From NCBI GenBank assembly GCA_044345055.1, contig JBIJBT010000047.1, positions 1-21,695 on the forward strand: DNA of 21,695 nt. Direction: 5' to 3'. The position numbers were made by a program, and so were the translations under genes. The notes beneath the pieces were generated by a model. That model was not told the origin of the DNA. It saw only the letters and a list, made by a program, of their open reading frames with translations, and did not search any database. The DNA is from Bdellovibrionota bacterium. GTDB taxonomy: Bacteria; Bdellovibrionota_C; UBA2361; OMIW01. Shown piece by piece: positions 1 through 9,816 of the stretch. The first letter of the stretch is position 1. Each line of letters begins with the position of its first letter.

Positions 1-19
1 ATCCGATCCTCGTCAAACT

Positions 20-1807
20 TCACTTTATCCTCAAGTTGGACCAGAAAACAAAGGTGCAATTAACTAGGCAAAATATCCACTGAATAGGAGAAAAAGACAT
101 CATCGTCTGCTCAAATACTAGACTAGATATTCCGTCTAATCCGCCCCATATCACTATGATACCAGATTCAAGCGAGAGTAACGCCACAAACTGAGCTGTT
201 ATTCTCAATCGCTCCTGAGACTCTACAACAGTAACTCTTCGCCTTGGCGGTCGAATAAGACCACTAAGCAGGTAAAACCAATACACGAGGAAGCCGTTCG
301 CAAGAAAGAGATAATAGAGCGAGGTTGGACTTGAAATTGTCCAAACCATCGTGTCTCCGACTATTACGGAGGAGACACCCCACTGAATCGGGAACAAACC
401 CACTATTTGTGGAAATACCAACGATACCGCAAGGATGCTGCTCACCACTTGCTGACCAAATGATGCAGAGCTGCCTGACACAGAAAAAGCAATTGTGTTG
501 AACGCGAGAGGTATAAAAAAAGCTATCAGGAGAAAGAGCGCAATCGAACGCATCGACCGTTGCAACACATCACGAACTGCCCGTTCATTCGAATGAAGAC
601 CCAACCGAAACGCTCCCCGAGAAAGCGCAGGGGTCATCAAAAACATCGTGCAGATGACAATTGCGTAACCGCCTACTATCGTCATTGGAGAATCAAGCGA
701 TGAACCAAATATGCGATGAACCTCCCGAAGAACCCAGCCCGAGCTGAGAGCTGCCGCGCATACAACTGCACCGAGCAACAGAGCCGCCAGAGCACTCTGC
801 TCTTGCCCTAGCTGCTGAAATACTCCCGAAGCAGGCTCCATAGCCCGCGACAACGCAAGTGGACTCGCCGCAAGAGGTGAAGGTGAACGAGCCTCCGATT
901 CATCCTCAACCTGATGAAACGCACCGGAGTGTCGTACCGATCCAATGGATACTCCAAGCACATCCACAAATATCGGATCATCGCAGAGTGGGCGATTACT
1001 CGGTTCTTTATCGAGCAATCTCATTATTAATTCATCGAGCTCTTCGCTCACCGTGACTATTTCTGATGGTGGAACCGGCTCTCTTTCAAGATGCGCCCGC
1101 ATCAATTCAGCAACAGATTCATCAAGCCACGGCGGAGAGCCCGTGATCATTGAATATGCCAAAACACCAAGAGCATACATGTCGCTGCTGAACGAAGGCT
1201 CCGCCCCATCCCATAGCTCTGGCGCAAGGTAGAGCGCTGTTCCCATGAGAGCATTCGTAACGGTGACCTCAGAGCGCGCCATCCGCGCGAGACCAAAATC
1301 GATTATTTTTACCTGATCACCGGAGGAGAGAAGAATATTTGACGGCTTTAGATCCCGATGAATAATTCCCTTGAAATGTATCGCAGCGAGCCCCTCAACA
1401 ATCTGCCTGAGAATTGCAACAACCGTCGGTTGCGGCAACGCCCCCTGCTTGAGGCGATGTGTAAGCGATTGACCAGGAACGTACTCCATCGAGACGAATA
1501 TCATCTCGTTGTCGGCCTGTAGATCGAAAATTCTGCACACCTGCGGATGCGCTACTCGACGGCCGATCTGAGCTTCTCGAACAAATCTCTCGAGCCCATC
1601 TTCTCCCGCATATCCACCACGCGAGAAAACTTTAAGCGCGACCAATTCACCCGCGATTAAGGTGTCCTGCGCTAAGTAAACTCCACCCATAGCCCCCCTC
1701 CCCAAGAGGCGCAGCACCCTATAACGACCACCAACTAACGCACCAGCAACGAGCTCTGGCTGCGGAGTATCCGGCGTTTCACTGATCGGATCGGGAGAGG
1801 AAGTCAT
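20..1807 (-). CDS. Hanks-type Ser/Thr protein kinase with multi-pass C-terminal membrane region
   Basis: Gly loop LGRGAMGGVY, VALK, FVRE, HRDLKPSN, DFG, GTALYLAPE, SDMYALG; C-terminal ~250 aa has several hydrophobic segments. ATG at 1807 directly follows an in-frame TTG at 1810. Confidence 0.93.
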   Translation of the reverse strand: MTSSPDPISETPDTPQPELVAGALVGGRYRVLRLLGRGAMGGVYLAQDTLIAGELVALKVFSRGGYAGEDGLERFVREAQIGRRVAHPQVCRIFDLQADNEMIFVSMEYVPGQSLTHRLKQGALPQPTVVAILRQIVEGLAAIHFKGIIHRDLKPSNILLSSGDQVKIIDFGLARMARSEVTVTNALMGTALYLAPELWDGAEPSFSSDMYALGVLAYSMITGSPPWLDESVAELMRAHLEREPVPPSEIVTVSEELDELIMRLLDKEPSNRPLCDDPIFVDVLGVSIGSVRHSGAFHQVEDESEARSPSPLAASPLALSRAMEPASGVFQQLGQEQSALAALLLGAVVCAAALSSGWVLREVHRIFGSSLDSPMTIVGGYAIVICTMFLMTPALSRGAFRLGLHSNERAVRDVLQRSMRSIALFLLIAFFIPLAFNTIAFSVSGSSASFGQQVVSSILAVSLVFPQIVGLFPIQWGVSSVIVGDTMVWTISSPTSLYYLFLANGFLVYWFYLLSGLIRPPRRRVTVVESQERLRITAQFVALLSLESGIIVIWGGLDGISSLVFEQTMMSFSPIQWIFCLVNCTFVFWSNLRIK

Positions 1808-2107
1808 CAAAATAGGCGAAAAATAAAAAGAGACTTTTTGATTTGGAGTCAGGAAAACCGTTAGCTCAGGCTCACCCTAACGAAGTCATCGGCAACACCA
1901 AATTAGTGCGACGATTCTGGTATTCGATTCTTGTTCGTAATAGCATTATACTACACACCAAAGGAGTTGGCATTTCCCATTCGATAAGCCTTTAACTTAA
2001 TTGGGACAATACCTGCATCCTTTTTTCGCAGTGTTATCTGTCGCAGCTTTTCTGTTTTAATCTCTAGATCACTGCCTCTTTCGCGATATTTTCTATTGAG
2101 TTCCGTA

Positions 2108-3739
2108 ATGAGCCCATTTAATTATCAGCCCATCTTTGAGTTCGGTGAAGATAAAACAGAGTACCGCAAAATATCCTCTTCGTTTGTTTCGTCCCAAAAG
2201 TTCGCCGACCGTGAGCTTCTAGTAATTGAACCGGAGGGATTGCGGCTTCTTGCAGAGACTGCCTTTGATGATGTCTCTCACCTTCTTAGAACGAGGCATC
2301 TCCAAATGCTCGCCTCAATTCTCGACGATCCAGAGAGCTCCGCAAACGACAAATTCGTTGCTACAGAGCTTCTGAGAAATGCCACGATCGCGGCGGCCCG
2401 AGAGTTTCCATCGTGTCAGGATACAGGCACCGCAATTATAATGGGAAAAAAGGGAGAGCTCGTTTATACCGGAAGCGATGATGCGGAATCGCTATCGCGA
2501 GGAGTATACGATTGTTATCAGCGGCGAAATCTGCGGTACTCTCAGCTCGCACCTATTACTTTTTTTGAGGAGCGGAACACCGGAGACAACCTTCCAGCGC
2601 AAATAGATCTCTACGCGACAAAAGGCTCTGAGTATTCTTTTCTCTTCGTCGCAAAGGGAGGCGGGAGTGCTAATAAGAGTTATCTATTCCAAAAAACAAA
2701 GTCTATTCTCAATCGACCCGCTTTTGAGAAATTTTTTCGGGAAACGGTTGCACAGCTCGGAACCGCTGCGTGCCCGCCTTATCATCTTGCCGTTGTAATC
2801 GGTGGCACCTCAGCTGAAATGACCCTTAAAACAGTAAAGCTCGCTTCGTGCGGTTATCTCGATTCCTTACCCACTTCCGGTAACGAACGGGGCCGCGCTT
2901 TTCGCGATCTCGAAATGGAAAAGCTGTGTGTTGAATGGGCCCGAGCTTCTGGAATTGGTGCGCAGTTCGGCGGTAAATATTTCGTTCACGATGTCAGGGT
3001 AATCCGTCTACCACGCCACGGAGCATCCTGCCCGATCGGTATCGGAGTAAGTTGCTCAGCCGACCGTCAAATCAAGGGAAAGATCACGAGAGAAGGACTT
3101 TTTCTCGAACAGCTTGAAGAGCACCCTGAGCGATTTATGCCACCGCACCCTGAGCAGTACGGCGGCTCTGCAATCTCGGTCGATCTGAACAAGCCGATGA
3201 CCGAGCTACTTGCCACCCTCAGCACTCTGCCGGTCGCAACCCGGATTATGCTCAATGGCCCACTAATCGTTGCTCGCGATATCGTTCACGCAAAGCTCGC
3301 CGAACGGCTAAAGGCGGGGGAGCCACTCCCCGACTACTTCCGCAACTATCCGATTTACTACGCAGGACCCGCAAAAACCCCCGCTGGACACCCTTCGGGA
3401 AGCTTCGGTCCAACAACCTCTGAGCGCATGGACCCCTACGTTCCATTATTTCAAGAACACGGAGGCTCCCTCGTCATGCTCGGCAAAGGAAACAGATCAT
3501 CGCTGGTTACAGAGAGCTGCTCACGTTGGGGAGGATTCTACCTAGGCTCAATCGGCGGCCCCGCCGCCCGCCTCGGAAAAGATTGCATAACAAAAGTGGA
3601 GGTGCTAGATTTTAAAGAATTAGGCATGGAAGCTGTGTGGAAGATAGAAGTAAAAGATTTCCCAGCTTTCGTTATTGTTGATGATAAGGGCAACGATTTT
3701 TTCCGACCCCAGAGGGATTTAGTGGCGAAGGTGGGGTGA
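2108..3739 (+). CDS. fumA: Class I (Fe-S) fumarate hydratase, FumA/FumB type
   Basis: Motifs [58 protein letters not shown]; ~545-aa single chain. ATG 2108 preferred over TTG 2096. fumA and fumB cannot be told apart. Confidence 0.95.
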   Translation: MSPFNYQPIFEFGEDKTEYRKISSSFVSSQKFADRELLVIEPEGLRLLAETAFDDVSHLLRTRHLQMLASILDDPESSANDKFVATELLRNATIAAAREFPSCQDTGTAIIMGKKGELVYTGSDDAESLSRGVYDCYQRRNLRYSQLAPITFFEERNTGDNLPAQIDLYATKGSEYSFLFVAKGGGSANKSYLFQKTKSILNRPAFEKFFRETVAQLGTAACPPYHLAVVIGGTSAEMTLKTVKLASCGYLDSLPTSGNERGRAFRDLEMEKLCVEWARASGIGAQFGGKYFVHDVRVIRLPRHGASCPIGIGVSCSADRQIKGKITREGLFLEQLEEHPERFMPPHPEQYGGSAISVDLNKPMTELLATLSTLPVATRIMLNGPLIVARDIVHAKLAERLKAGEPLPDYFRNYPIYYAGPAKTPAGHPSGSFGPTTSERMDPYVPLFQEHGGSLVMLGKGNRSSLVTESCSRWGGFYLGSIGGPAARLGKDCITKVEVLDFKELGMEAVWKIEVKDFPAFVIVDDKGNDFFRPQRDLVAKVG

Positions 3740-3800
3740 GACTCGGGGGATCGGGCAGGGCGGTGGATTAGGGGAAGAGATTTTAGGTGGGGGGATTGGG

Positions 3801-4631
3801 ATGGTTGCTTTACAAGGAAGTCAGGGTGGTCCGATCGCAGCGAATCCGATCTTTCAGGTAGATAGAGAGAGCTTTAAAAATTCGTCGGCGGCTCTGGAGG
3901 CGATAGATCGTGCTTTAAGGGCGGCGTCAGAAAAGCCCCTTGCGCAGGTACCAGACCAGTTAGAGAGAATATTCGAATTATCGGGATTAAAGCCAGGCAA
4001 CTTTATATCTGCATTGAGTCATTTTTCTAATGCCAAAGCAAGTCCTGGTCTAGAACGTCCCGATACTAGCATTGGTAAGGAAGGTTCGACATTTAATCAG
4101 AAGGAGAGGGGTAAAAACTCTTTAGGCTCCGACGGCGAAACGGCTGAAAAGTTATACTCTGGTACAAGGGCACTACCCAACAGCTCGACTAACGCCGTTT
4201 TAACGTCTTCGGAATCAGTGGCCGTAAACTTCGACGGATTGAAGCAACTTTCCAATCGCGAAAGTTACGACAAGTCTGCTGCGGAGTCTAACACTTTGAG
4301 CAAACCATTAGTAACAGCAAGAACTAATCCAGAACCTGAGTTAGAAGAAATAGCGCCGACGAGTGCGAATAAGAGCCCTTTCGTTATCACATTAGTGGGG
4401 AATCCAGCTCTAGCCAGCATTGTGAGCGATAAGCTGAACAATTTAAGACGACCAGAAATCGCAAAACAAAACTTAAAGGTCGGAAAAATTCAGGAAGGAT
4501 CTGATTCTGTCGTCGGGAGCCGCGTTATCGCTCTAAATAATCCCCGGCTGTCCGACCAAACCGAGCGGCATGAAATCAGGCCAGTCATATCCCTTGACAC
4601 GAAGGAACGACGAGAACCCATCCCCGCCTAA
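3801..4631 (+). CDS. Hypothetical protein, hydrophilic and S/N/E/K-rich
   Basis: 276-aa ORF filling the gap between fum and the amidase on the same strand, ending 6 nt before the next ATG; no recognisable motif. Confidence 0.7.
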   Translation: MVALQGSQGGPIAANPIFQVDRESFKNSSAALEAIDRALRAASEKPLAQVPDQLERIFELSGLKPGNFISALSHFSNAKASPGLERPDTSIGKEGSTFNQKERGKNSLGSDGETAEKLYSGTRALPNSSTNAVLTSSESVAVNFDGLKQLSNRESYDKSAAESNTLSKPLVTARTNPEPELEEIAPTSANKSPFVITLVGNPALASIVSDKLNNLRRPEIAKQNLKVGKIQEGSDSVVGSRVIALNNPRLSDQTERHEIRPVISLDTKERREPIPA

Positions 4632-4637
4632 CCCCAA

Positions 4638-5168
4638 ATGCCCCAACACCTCCTCCCCCACTTCAACGATCGCCCAATCGTGGCGATCGTTGATACCATC
4701 GTAATACACTCGATGTACGACGATAGTGGTTCGCAGCCTAGTGACATTGCTGGGTGCCTTAACCTTCTCAACACTAACGAAGTATCGGCGCATTATGCCA
4801 TATCGCGTGATGGGGAACTTTGGGGGTTGGTGGCGGAGGAGCGACGTGCCTGGCACTCTCGCTCTCGGGAGGAGCCGCGGGATCGGATGCCGTTTGATGA
4901 TGATTCGCGTGACCAGATTAATGATTTCAGTATTGGAATAGAGCTTGTTGCGTCGGGACCCCATAGCGATTATACCGACGATCAGTACGAAACCCTTCTA
5001 GCACTCATCGCCTCGATTCGGACTCGATATCCTATCACCGCGATAGTCGGACATGAGCACATCGCTCCAGGAAGAAAAAGCGATCCGGGAAACTGCTTCG
5101 ACTGGCACCGGATTATTAACGCTCATCAAAGCTCGGGGCTCAGATTCCCTGCAGCTGTGCTACGGTAA
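4638..5168 (+). CDS. ampD: N-acetylmuramoyl-L-alanine amidase (Amidase_2, AmpD-like)
   Basis: IVIH (Zn His), VSAHY, RAWH, NDFSIGIEL (catalytic Glu), GHEHIAPGRKSDPG (Zn His/Asp); no signal peptide. Confidence 0.9.
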   Translation: MPQHLLPHFNDRPIVAIVDTIVIHSMYDDSGSQPSDIAGCLNLLNTNEVSAHYAISRDGELWGLVAEERRAWHSRSREEPRDRMPFDDDSRDQINDFSIGIELVASGPHSDYTDDQYETLLALIASIRTRYPITAIVGHEHIAPGRKSDPGNCFDWHRIINAHQSSGLRFPAAVLR

Positions 5169-5295
5169 CGGGTTTGCGGTAGCGGCCTTTTTAGCGTCGT
5201 GTAGGAAAGTGTCTAAAAAATTGCTGAAGATTGTCGAAGAATCGTATTGTTTCGACTCATCGACTCTCCCACTGCCTTTTTTCTTCCACTTTACT

Positions 5296-5565
5296 TCACC
5301 CGCCTCTCACTCCCGCGAGCTTACGTACTCTTTCTGGATTTAGATCTAGCAGGTAGCAGAGATTATTAAAGGTTAGCGGATGGGATTCGTCGGAGGTTTC
5401 CATATAGCATCTCGCTTTTCGTGATTCAGCGCCTTTACTGGATAGGTCAAGTAGAGTTGAACGCAGCAGCGCCCTTAAAAGCTCACGCTCGGGGCAATCG
5501 GGTGGTAGGGCAGCCTCTTCATCGATGCAAATAATTCGAACTCCGGCATAATCTTCATCACTCAT
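5296..5565 (-). CDS. Small hypothetical protein
   Basis: 89-aa ORF with AGAGGGAGG SD-like element just upstream of the ATG. Pattern PERELLRALL...D...LTFNNLCYLLDLNP resembles, from memory, an uncharacterised small-protein family. Confidence 0.7.
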   Translation of the reverse strand: MSDEDYAGVRIICIDEEAALPPDCPERELLRALLRSTLLDLSSKGAESRKARCYMETSDESHPLTFNNLCYLLDLNPERVRKLAGVRGG

Positions 5566-5800
5566 GCCGATCCTCCCTCTAACAAAAAAAGGCTCTACAC
5601 AACTGGAATGAGCAAACCTCTTTAACCCATTCGATCCATTCTTCTTGCTGTGGTCGGATGACTTAAAGATTCACTTGACAATTGGGCGCACTTTTTTGAT
5701 AAAAATGGAGCGTTTAGGGTTTGTGGAGTGGACGTCGGGTATGGAGAAGAAAAACTGTGTGGCGGTGGCGTGGAGAAGCAGATGGGTGGGGGTAAAGTGA

Positions 5801-5851
5801 TGCGAGGGAAATGGATTTGCGAGGGAAATGGATTTGCGAGGGAAATGGATT
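5801..5851. repeat. Perfect tandem repeat, 3 x 17 bp TGCGAGGGAAATGGATT
   Basis: Identical units at 5801-5817, 5818-5834 and 5835-5851, read directly. Confidence 0.97.
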
Positions 5852-5889
5852 ATAGCGAACTGTAGGAAAGGAAAATGAGGAAGAGGAAA

Positions 5890-5963
5890 TGCGCCCTGAG
5901 AGATTCGAACTCCCGGCCTTTTGGTTCGAAGCCAAACGCTCTATCCAGCTGAGCTAAGGGCGC
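5890..5963 (-). tRNA. tRNA-Arg (anticodon UCG)
   Basis: Reverse complement GCGCCCT TA GCTC AGCTGGATA GAGC G TTTGG CTTCGAA CCAAA AGGCC GGGAG TTCGAAT CTCTC AGGGCGC A gives a full cloverleaf with the A20 Arg identity element and TCG anticodon; CCA is not encoded. Confidence 0.97.
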
Positions 5964-6070
5964 ATATGTCGGACCAGAAGAGTGCCACAGCTGCACCGTG
6001 ATGGGAAGGGTTTCGGGAGATACAGAGACGATAATCGTGCTATTTTTTTGAAAAGTATCTCTCATTGGGG

Positions 6071-6586
6071 TTAGGAAGCGGGTGTTTTGCTTAGGGAATT
6101 GATATCTACCCCTCGCGCATAGTGCAAAAAATCACAACCGTTTCCCGGCTCCTTTTGGGTTAGGATAAAATTGCTCTCAAACGGAGGGAGGTGGCGGTCT
6201 CCTGCATGAATCCCGTGGACGACGGTGACAAAGGCCTCGTCCCAAGCTTCAATCGTTTGCCGATACAGCTCTTCACCCCCAATAATCCAAAACGGAGTGT
6301 CTCGGTGGGATTGCATCTCCTCGATGAGGGCGGCCAGATCTGAAACAACCCTCACTGCAGCTGGATACACCGCATAGCGATTCGTCGTCACAACGATATT
6401 GGCCCTACCCTTGAGGGGACGCACCTGCTCCGGGAGAGAATCGTAAGTTCTCCTTCCCATCACTACGGTGCCGCCTTTCGTCAACTGTGCAAAGCGCCGA
6501 AGATCGTCCGGTAGGTGCCAGGGAAGCCCCCCCTCGCATCCAATGACTCGACCCTCATCCATTGCCACTATCGCTCGAATCGTCAT
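6071..6586 (-). CDS. folA: Dihydrofolate reductase
   Basis: AIVAMD..RVIG...LPWHLPDDL..F...T, VVMGRRTYDSL, PLKGRANIV, WIIGGEELY; directly downstream of thyA. Confidence 0.96.
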   Translation of the reverse strand: MTIRAIVAMDEGRVIGCEGGLPWHLPDDLRRFAQLTKGGTVVMGRRTYDSLPEQVRPLKGRANIVVTTNRYAVYPAAVRVVSDLAALIEEMQSHRDTPFWIIGGEELYRQTIEAWDEAFVTVVHGIHAGDRHLPPFESNFILTQKEPGNGCDFLHYARGVDINSLSKTPAS

Positions 6587-6598
6587 AGTTGCTATTCC

Positions 6599-7408
6599 TT
6601 ATATCGCGATAGGGAGCTTGATAGCGGGGTGCGGATCGTACCCTTCGAGGGTAAAATCCTCGTACTGAAATTCAAAAAGATCTGTAACAGCGGGATTGAT
6701 TTTCATCTTCGGGAGGGGGCGCGCTTCTCGGGAAAGCTGGAGCCGAGCGCCCTCAAGATGATTTTGATAGATGTGAAGATCGCCGAAGGTGTGGACAAAT
6801 TCGAACGGTTGCAACCCGGTAACCTGCGCGACCATCATTAGAAGGAGGGCGTAGCTTGCGATATTAAATGGAACACCGAGCATGAGGTCGGCGGACCGTT
6901 GATAAAGCTGCAAGCTGAGCTTTCCGTGTGAGACGTAAAATTGAAATAGTGTATGGCACGCAGGTGGCGCGACTTCAGGAAGGTCGCCCGGGTTATAGGC
7001 AACAACAAGGTGCCGTCGACTGTATGGATTTGCCCGTATCGCCGATACGACCTGACTAATCTGATCTATCGTGTTGCCACGCGCAGTCTCCCACCGCCGC
7101 CACTGTTTGCCATAGACGGGACCGAGCTCTCCCGATGGGTCGGCCCATTCATTCCAGATAGAGACTCCTCGCTCTGTAAGGTAAGTGATATTGGTGTCGC
7201 CACGGAGGAACCAGAGCAGTTCATAGATAATCGATTTTAGGTGCACCTTTTTGGTTGTCACCAGGGGAAAACCCTCCTCGAGGTTAAATCGTAGCTGCCT
7301 CCCAAATACCGATAGAGTTCCCACTCCGGTCCTGTCGGGTCGAGCCACTCCATCCTCCGGAGCCCCATTCTTCAGCACATCATTAATCAGTTCAAGATAC
7401 TGCCTCAT
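6599..7408 (-). CDS. thyA: Thymidylate synthase
   Basis: [42 protein letters not shown], catalytic [32 protein letters not shown] upstream. Confidence 0.97.
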   Translation of the reverse strand: MRQYLELINDVLKNGAPEDGVARPDRTGVGTLSVFGRQLRFNLEEGFPLVTTKKVHLKSIIYELLWFLRGDTNITYLTERGVSIWNEWADPSGELGPVYGKQWRRWETARGNTIDQISQVVSAIRANPYSRRHLVVAYNPGDLPEVAPPACHTLFQFYVSHGKLSLQLYQRSADLMLGVPFNIASYALLLMMVAQVTGLQPFEFVHTFGDLHIYQNHLEGARLQLSREARPLPKMKINPAVTDLFEFQYEDFTLEGYDPHPAIKLPIAI

Positions 7409-7705
7409 AGCCTCCCCGTCTTATTAGGTACCTTTACTCCACGGTAATCGATGTCGCTCATTCGACACTGACCATCGAAAAGCGTCAAGCCGAGGACGCT
7501 AGCAATTACGATTATGTCGCAGCGAAGCTGCAGGGAAGATACAGTGAAACCCTAGCAGCTATGCAATTTTTTTTATAAAATACTAATAACTCTGCAAATG
7601 GTGAAATATTGGTTGCATTAAGGCAACATTTAGCACAAAAAAGGAGCGATTAACTCAACAGAATCAACTGAGTTATAGAGTCAACCGAGTTTATGCAATA
7701 CCTTA

Positions 7706-9772
7706 ATGGGAGGCATTAACTCTTTCTCGGAGTTATACGATGTGAAAAAGCAGCGCGGCCGAGAGCGGGGATTCAGTGACTTAGGTGAGATTGCAGCTCG
7801 CCAGGGCGAGACTTTTAATCGGCTATTGATCGATGAGAGCCGCCTGCACCCATCGCTCGACATTTCTGATATCGCGCTAGAGCCATATACTCGGTGGCTC
7901 GATCTTGTTCGGGAGGGCTCGTTTCGCAAAGCGGTTCGGGCTAATTGGTGGACTCATGGGGACGTGGAGGAGCTTCTCGATGGGGCTGAGAGGATTGGAG
8001 AGGCCATTGAAGGGCTGATTGAGGGGCTTTCCGGGTGCTCACAAAATTCAACCCTGAGCACAGCATCTTTCTCTGCGGAGCTCTCTGCTTTACGGGAGGT
8101 TCTTTATCGTATTCCGTTCGTTGAGCCAGATCATCGTTCTCTCTTTATTTCAACGGCTCTCACTACCATCCTTGCCACGAGTACTCACTCCCCCGTGAGG
8201 AGGGCGTTGGCATTTATGAATGTGTTTGACGCCGAACTGAAGAATCCGCGTACAACATCTCTTCATCGGGTTGCTCTCCTTCGAGTGTATGAAGATCTTG
8301 CTGCGGGTTCGGTTCGGACCTTCCGTCACTTTATGGAGAGCCCATTTCGTATAAGTCGGGCGCTCCCATTTCGTAATATTCGTGAGGCAGCCTTTCGGGG
8401 AGTCGAGGCGGCTTTTGAGCGACTTTTTGCGAAGCAAACAAAGGGCCGTCTGGAGAGTCTTGCGTTTCTGGTGGCGCTCTCTGGGGTGGCGATGCAAGAG
8501 GTGTGGGAGGCGATTCGCCCTCTTATCACGCAGATGGTTAAAACTCATCCTCCTCTGGCCAGCTATGCGGTGGATATGTTTTTCCCTGTTGGGATAAAGG
8601 GAGCCCCTCATGCCGATGAATTTCTGCGGGAGCAGATTAAGCTTTTTTTCGGGGTAAGCCAGTCGCTTGGGTCGAGGATGCAGCGCCATTTTACGGGATT
8701 CTTCCCCCTTGATTGGGATAGCGTCATGCGCGGGCGTGTTCCGAATCTTCCCCCCGCGATACGGGGATTTTCAGCAACTTCAGAGGTCGCTGCCCTCAAG
8801 CATCATCTGATTGATCACTTCGTTCCTGCTCGGCCCTCGCAGCGGATCGAGGATGGAGTCGAAATAATACCCTCACAGGCGACTGCATTGGGCAGACTTG
8901 CCGCAGAGCTCTTCTCAATTGGTCAGGGTGCGTATATCACGATCGTAAATCGTCACAGCTGGGAGGCAGGATACGAATCAGTGCCTCATAGTCTAGTCGT
9001 GGGGACTGCGTGTATCGACCCGCGCTCACACCCGGGAGAGCTCTATCTTGCTCTTGGCAAGTCGTTTCATCAGATGCCGCTCAACGGTTCAGCAGTGCGG
9101 CTCACCCCCACCCCACTATCTTCGACCGCCACGATTCGTCGTTCGGATGATGGTCCGATAGAAACTGTTACATTCTCTCAAGTGGCATCCGAGCTTTACG
9201 AGATTCGTTGGCTCGCGAGACGTATCGTGGCACTTTTACGTGGCGATGATGTGCCTCATGTTGAAGATCAGCGAATAGTGCTAAGTCGTTACGAACAGCG
9301 GGCCCGTGAGAAGCTTCTTGAAGCAGAGGCACAGTATCGGAGCTGTCGAGAGCAGCTGCTTCTTATCACCGATTACTACCGCGGGCGGCGCGAAGGCGCT
9401 GTTCAGCTCTGTAATCCACCAGCATGGCTCGGTATGAATGCGGGGGTGATTGGGATTTCGCTTAATCGTGGAGTTTCAACTGTTCAGGTTCCTCTGCCTG
9501 ACGCTATACCCACCACCCCAGAGGAGCTCGACCAGCTCATTTTTGACCAGCTTAAACAGATCGACCCGCTCCTTCGCACAGTGTTCGATGAAACTGTCCT
9601 CTTCCTCGAGCGAACATTAAGCCCCTACTCTCCAATGCGCTCTCTCATCGACTTTGCTCGCAGCTCCGAAAGACGTCGCTCCGGCGGTGGAGCCTTCCGA
9701 CTCCTCGGCGCCTGCTCCCGCTTCATGGTGACCCGCACCGTTGACACCGTGAAGGCGTGCATCGGGCGATAA
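7706..9772 (+). CDS. Large hypothetical protein (688 aa), no recognisable domain
   Basis: Uninterrupted 2-kb ORF divergent from thyA; no signal peptide, TM segment or catalytic motif recognised. Start uncertain (GTG 7742 is an alternative). Confidence 0.8.
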   Translation: MGGINSFSELYDVKKQRGRERGFSDLGEIAARQGETFNRLLIDESRLHPSLDISDIALEPYTRWLDLVREGSFRKAVRANWWTHGDVEELLDGAERIGEAIEGLIEGLSGCSQNSTLSTASFSAELSALREVLYRIPFVEPDHRSLFISTALTTILATSTHSPVRRALAFMNVFDAELKNPRTTSLHRVALLRVYEDLAAGSVRTFRHFMESPFRISRALPFRNIREAAFRGVEAAFERLFAKQTKGRLESLAFLVALSGVAMQEVWEAIRPLITQMVKTHPPLASYAVDMFFPVGIKGAPHADEFLREQIKLFFGVSQSLGSRMQRHFTGFFPLDWDSVMRGRVPNLPPAIRGFSATSEVAALKHHLIDHFVPARPSQRIEDGVEIIPSQATALGRLAAELFSIGQGAYITIVNRHSWEAGYESVPHSLVVGTACIDPRSHPGELYLALGKSFHQMPLNGSAVRLTPTPLSSTATIRRSDDGPIETVTFSQVASELYEIRWLARRIVALLRGDDVPHVEDQRIVLSRYEQRAREKLLEAEAQYRSCREQLLLITDYYRGRREGAVQLCNPPAWLGMNAGVIGISLNRGVSTVQVPLPDAIPTTPEELDQLIFDQLKQIDPLLRTVFDETVLFLERTLSPYSPMRSLIDFARSSERRRSGGGAFRLLGACSRFMVTRTVDTVKACIGR

Positions 9773-9816
9773 GGGATTTTTCTTTCTGATCCAGTGCTGA
9801 TTCCATCTTCTCTACT

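Noticed and set aside
3801..5889. tRNA-integrated genomic island or prophage
   Set aside because: No integrase, and no duplicate of the tRNA 3' end found by eye.
5714..6065. 73-aa and 71-aa minus-strand ORFs
   Set aside because: They overlap the tRNA and the tandem repeat; spurious.
6599..7408. Phage-type dCMP/dUMP hydroxymethylase
   Set aside because: The sequence follows bacterial ThyA throughout, keeps the dUMP-specifying Asn and pairs with folA.
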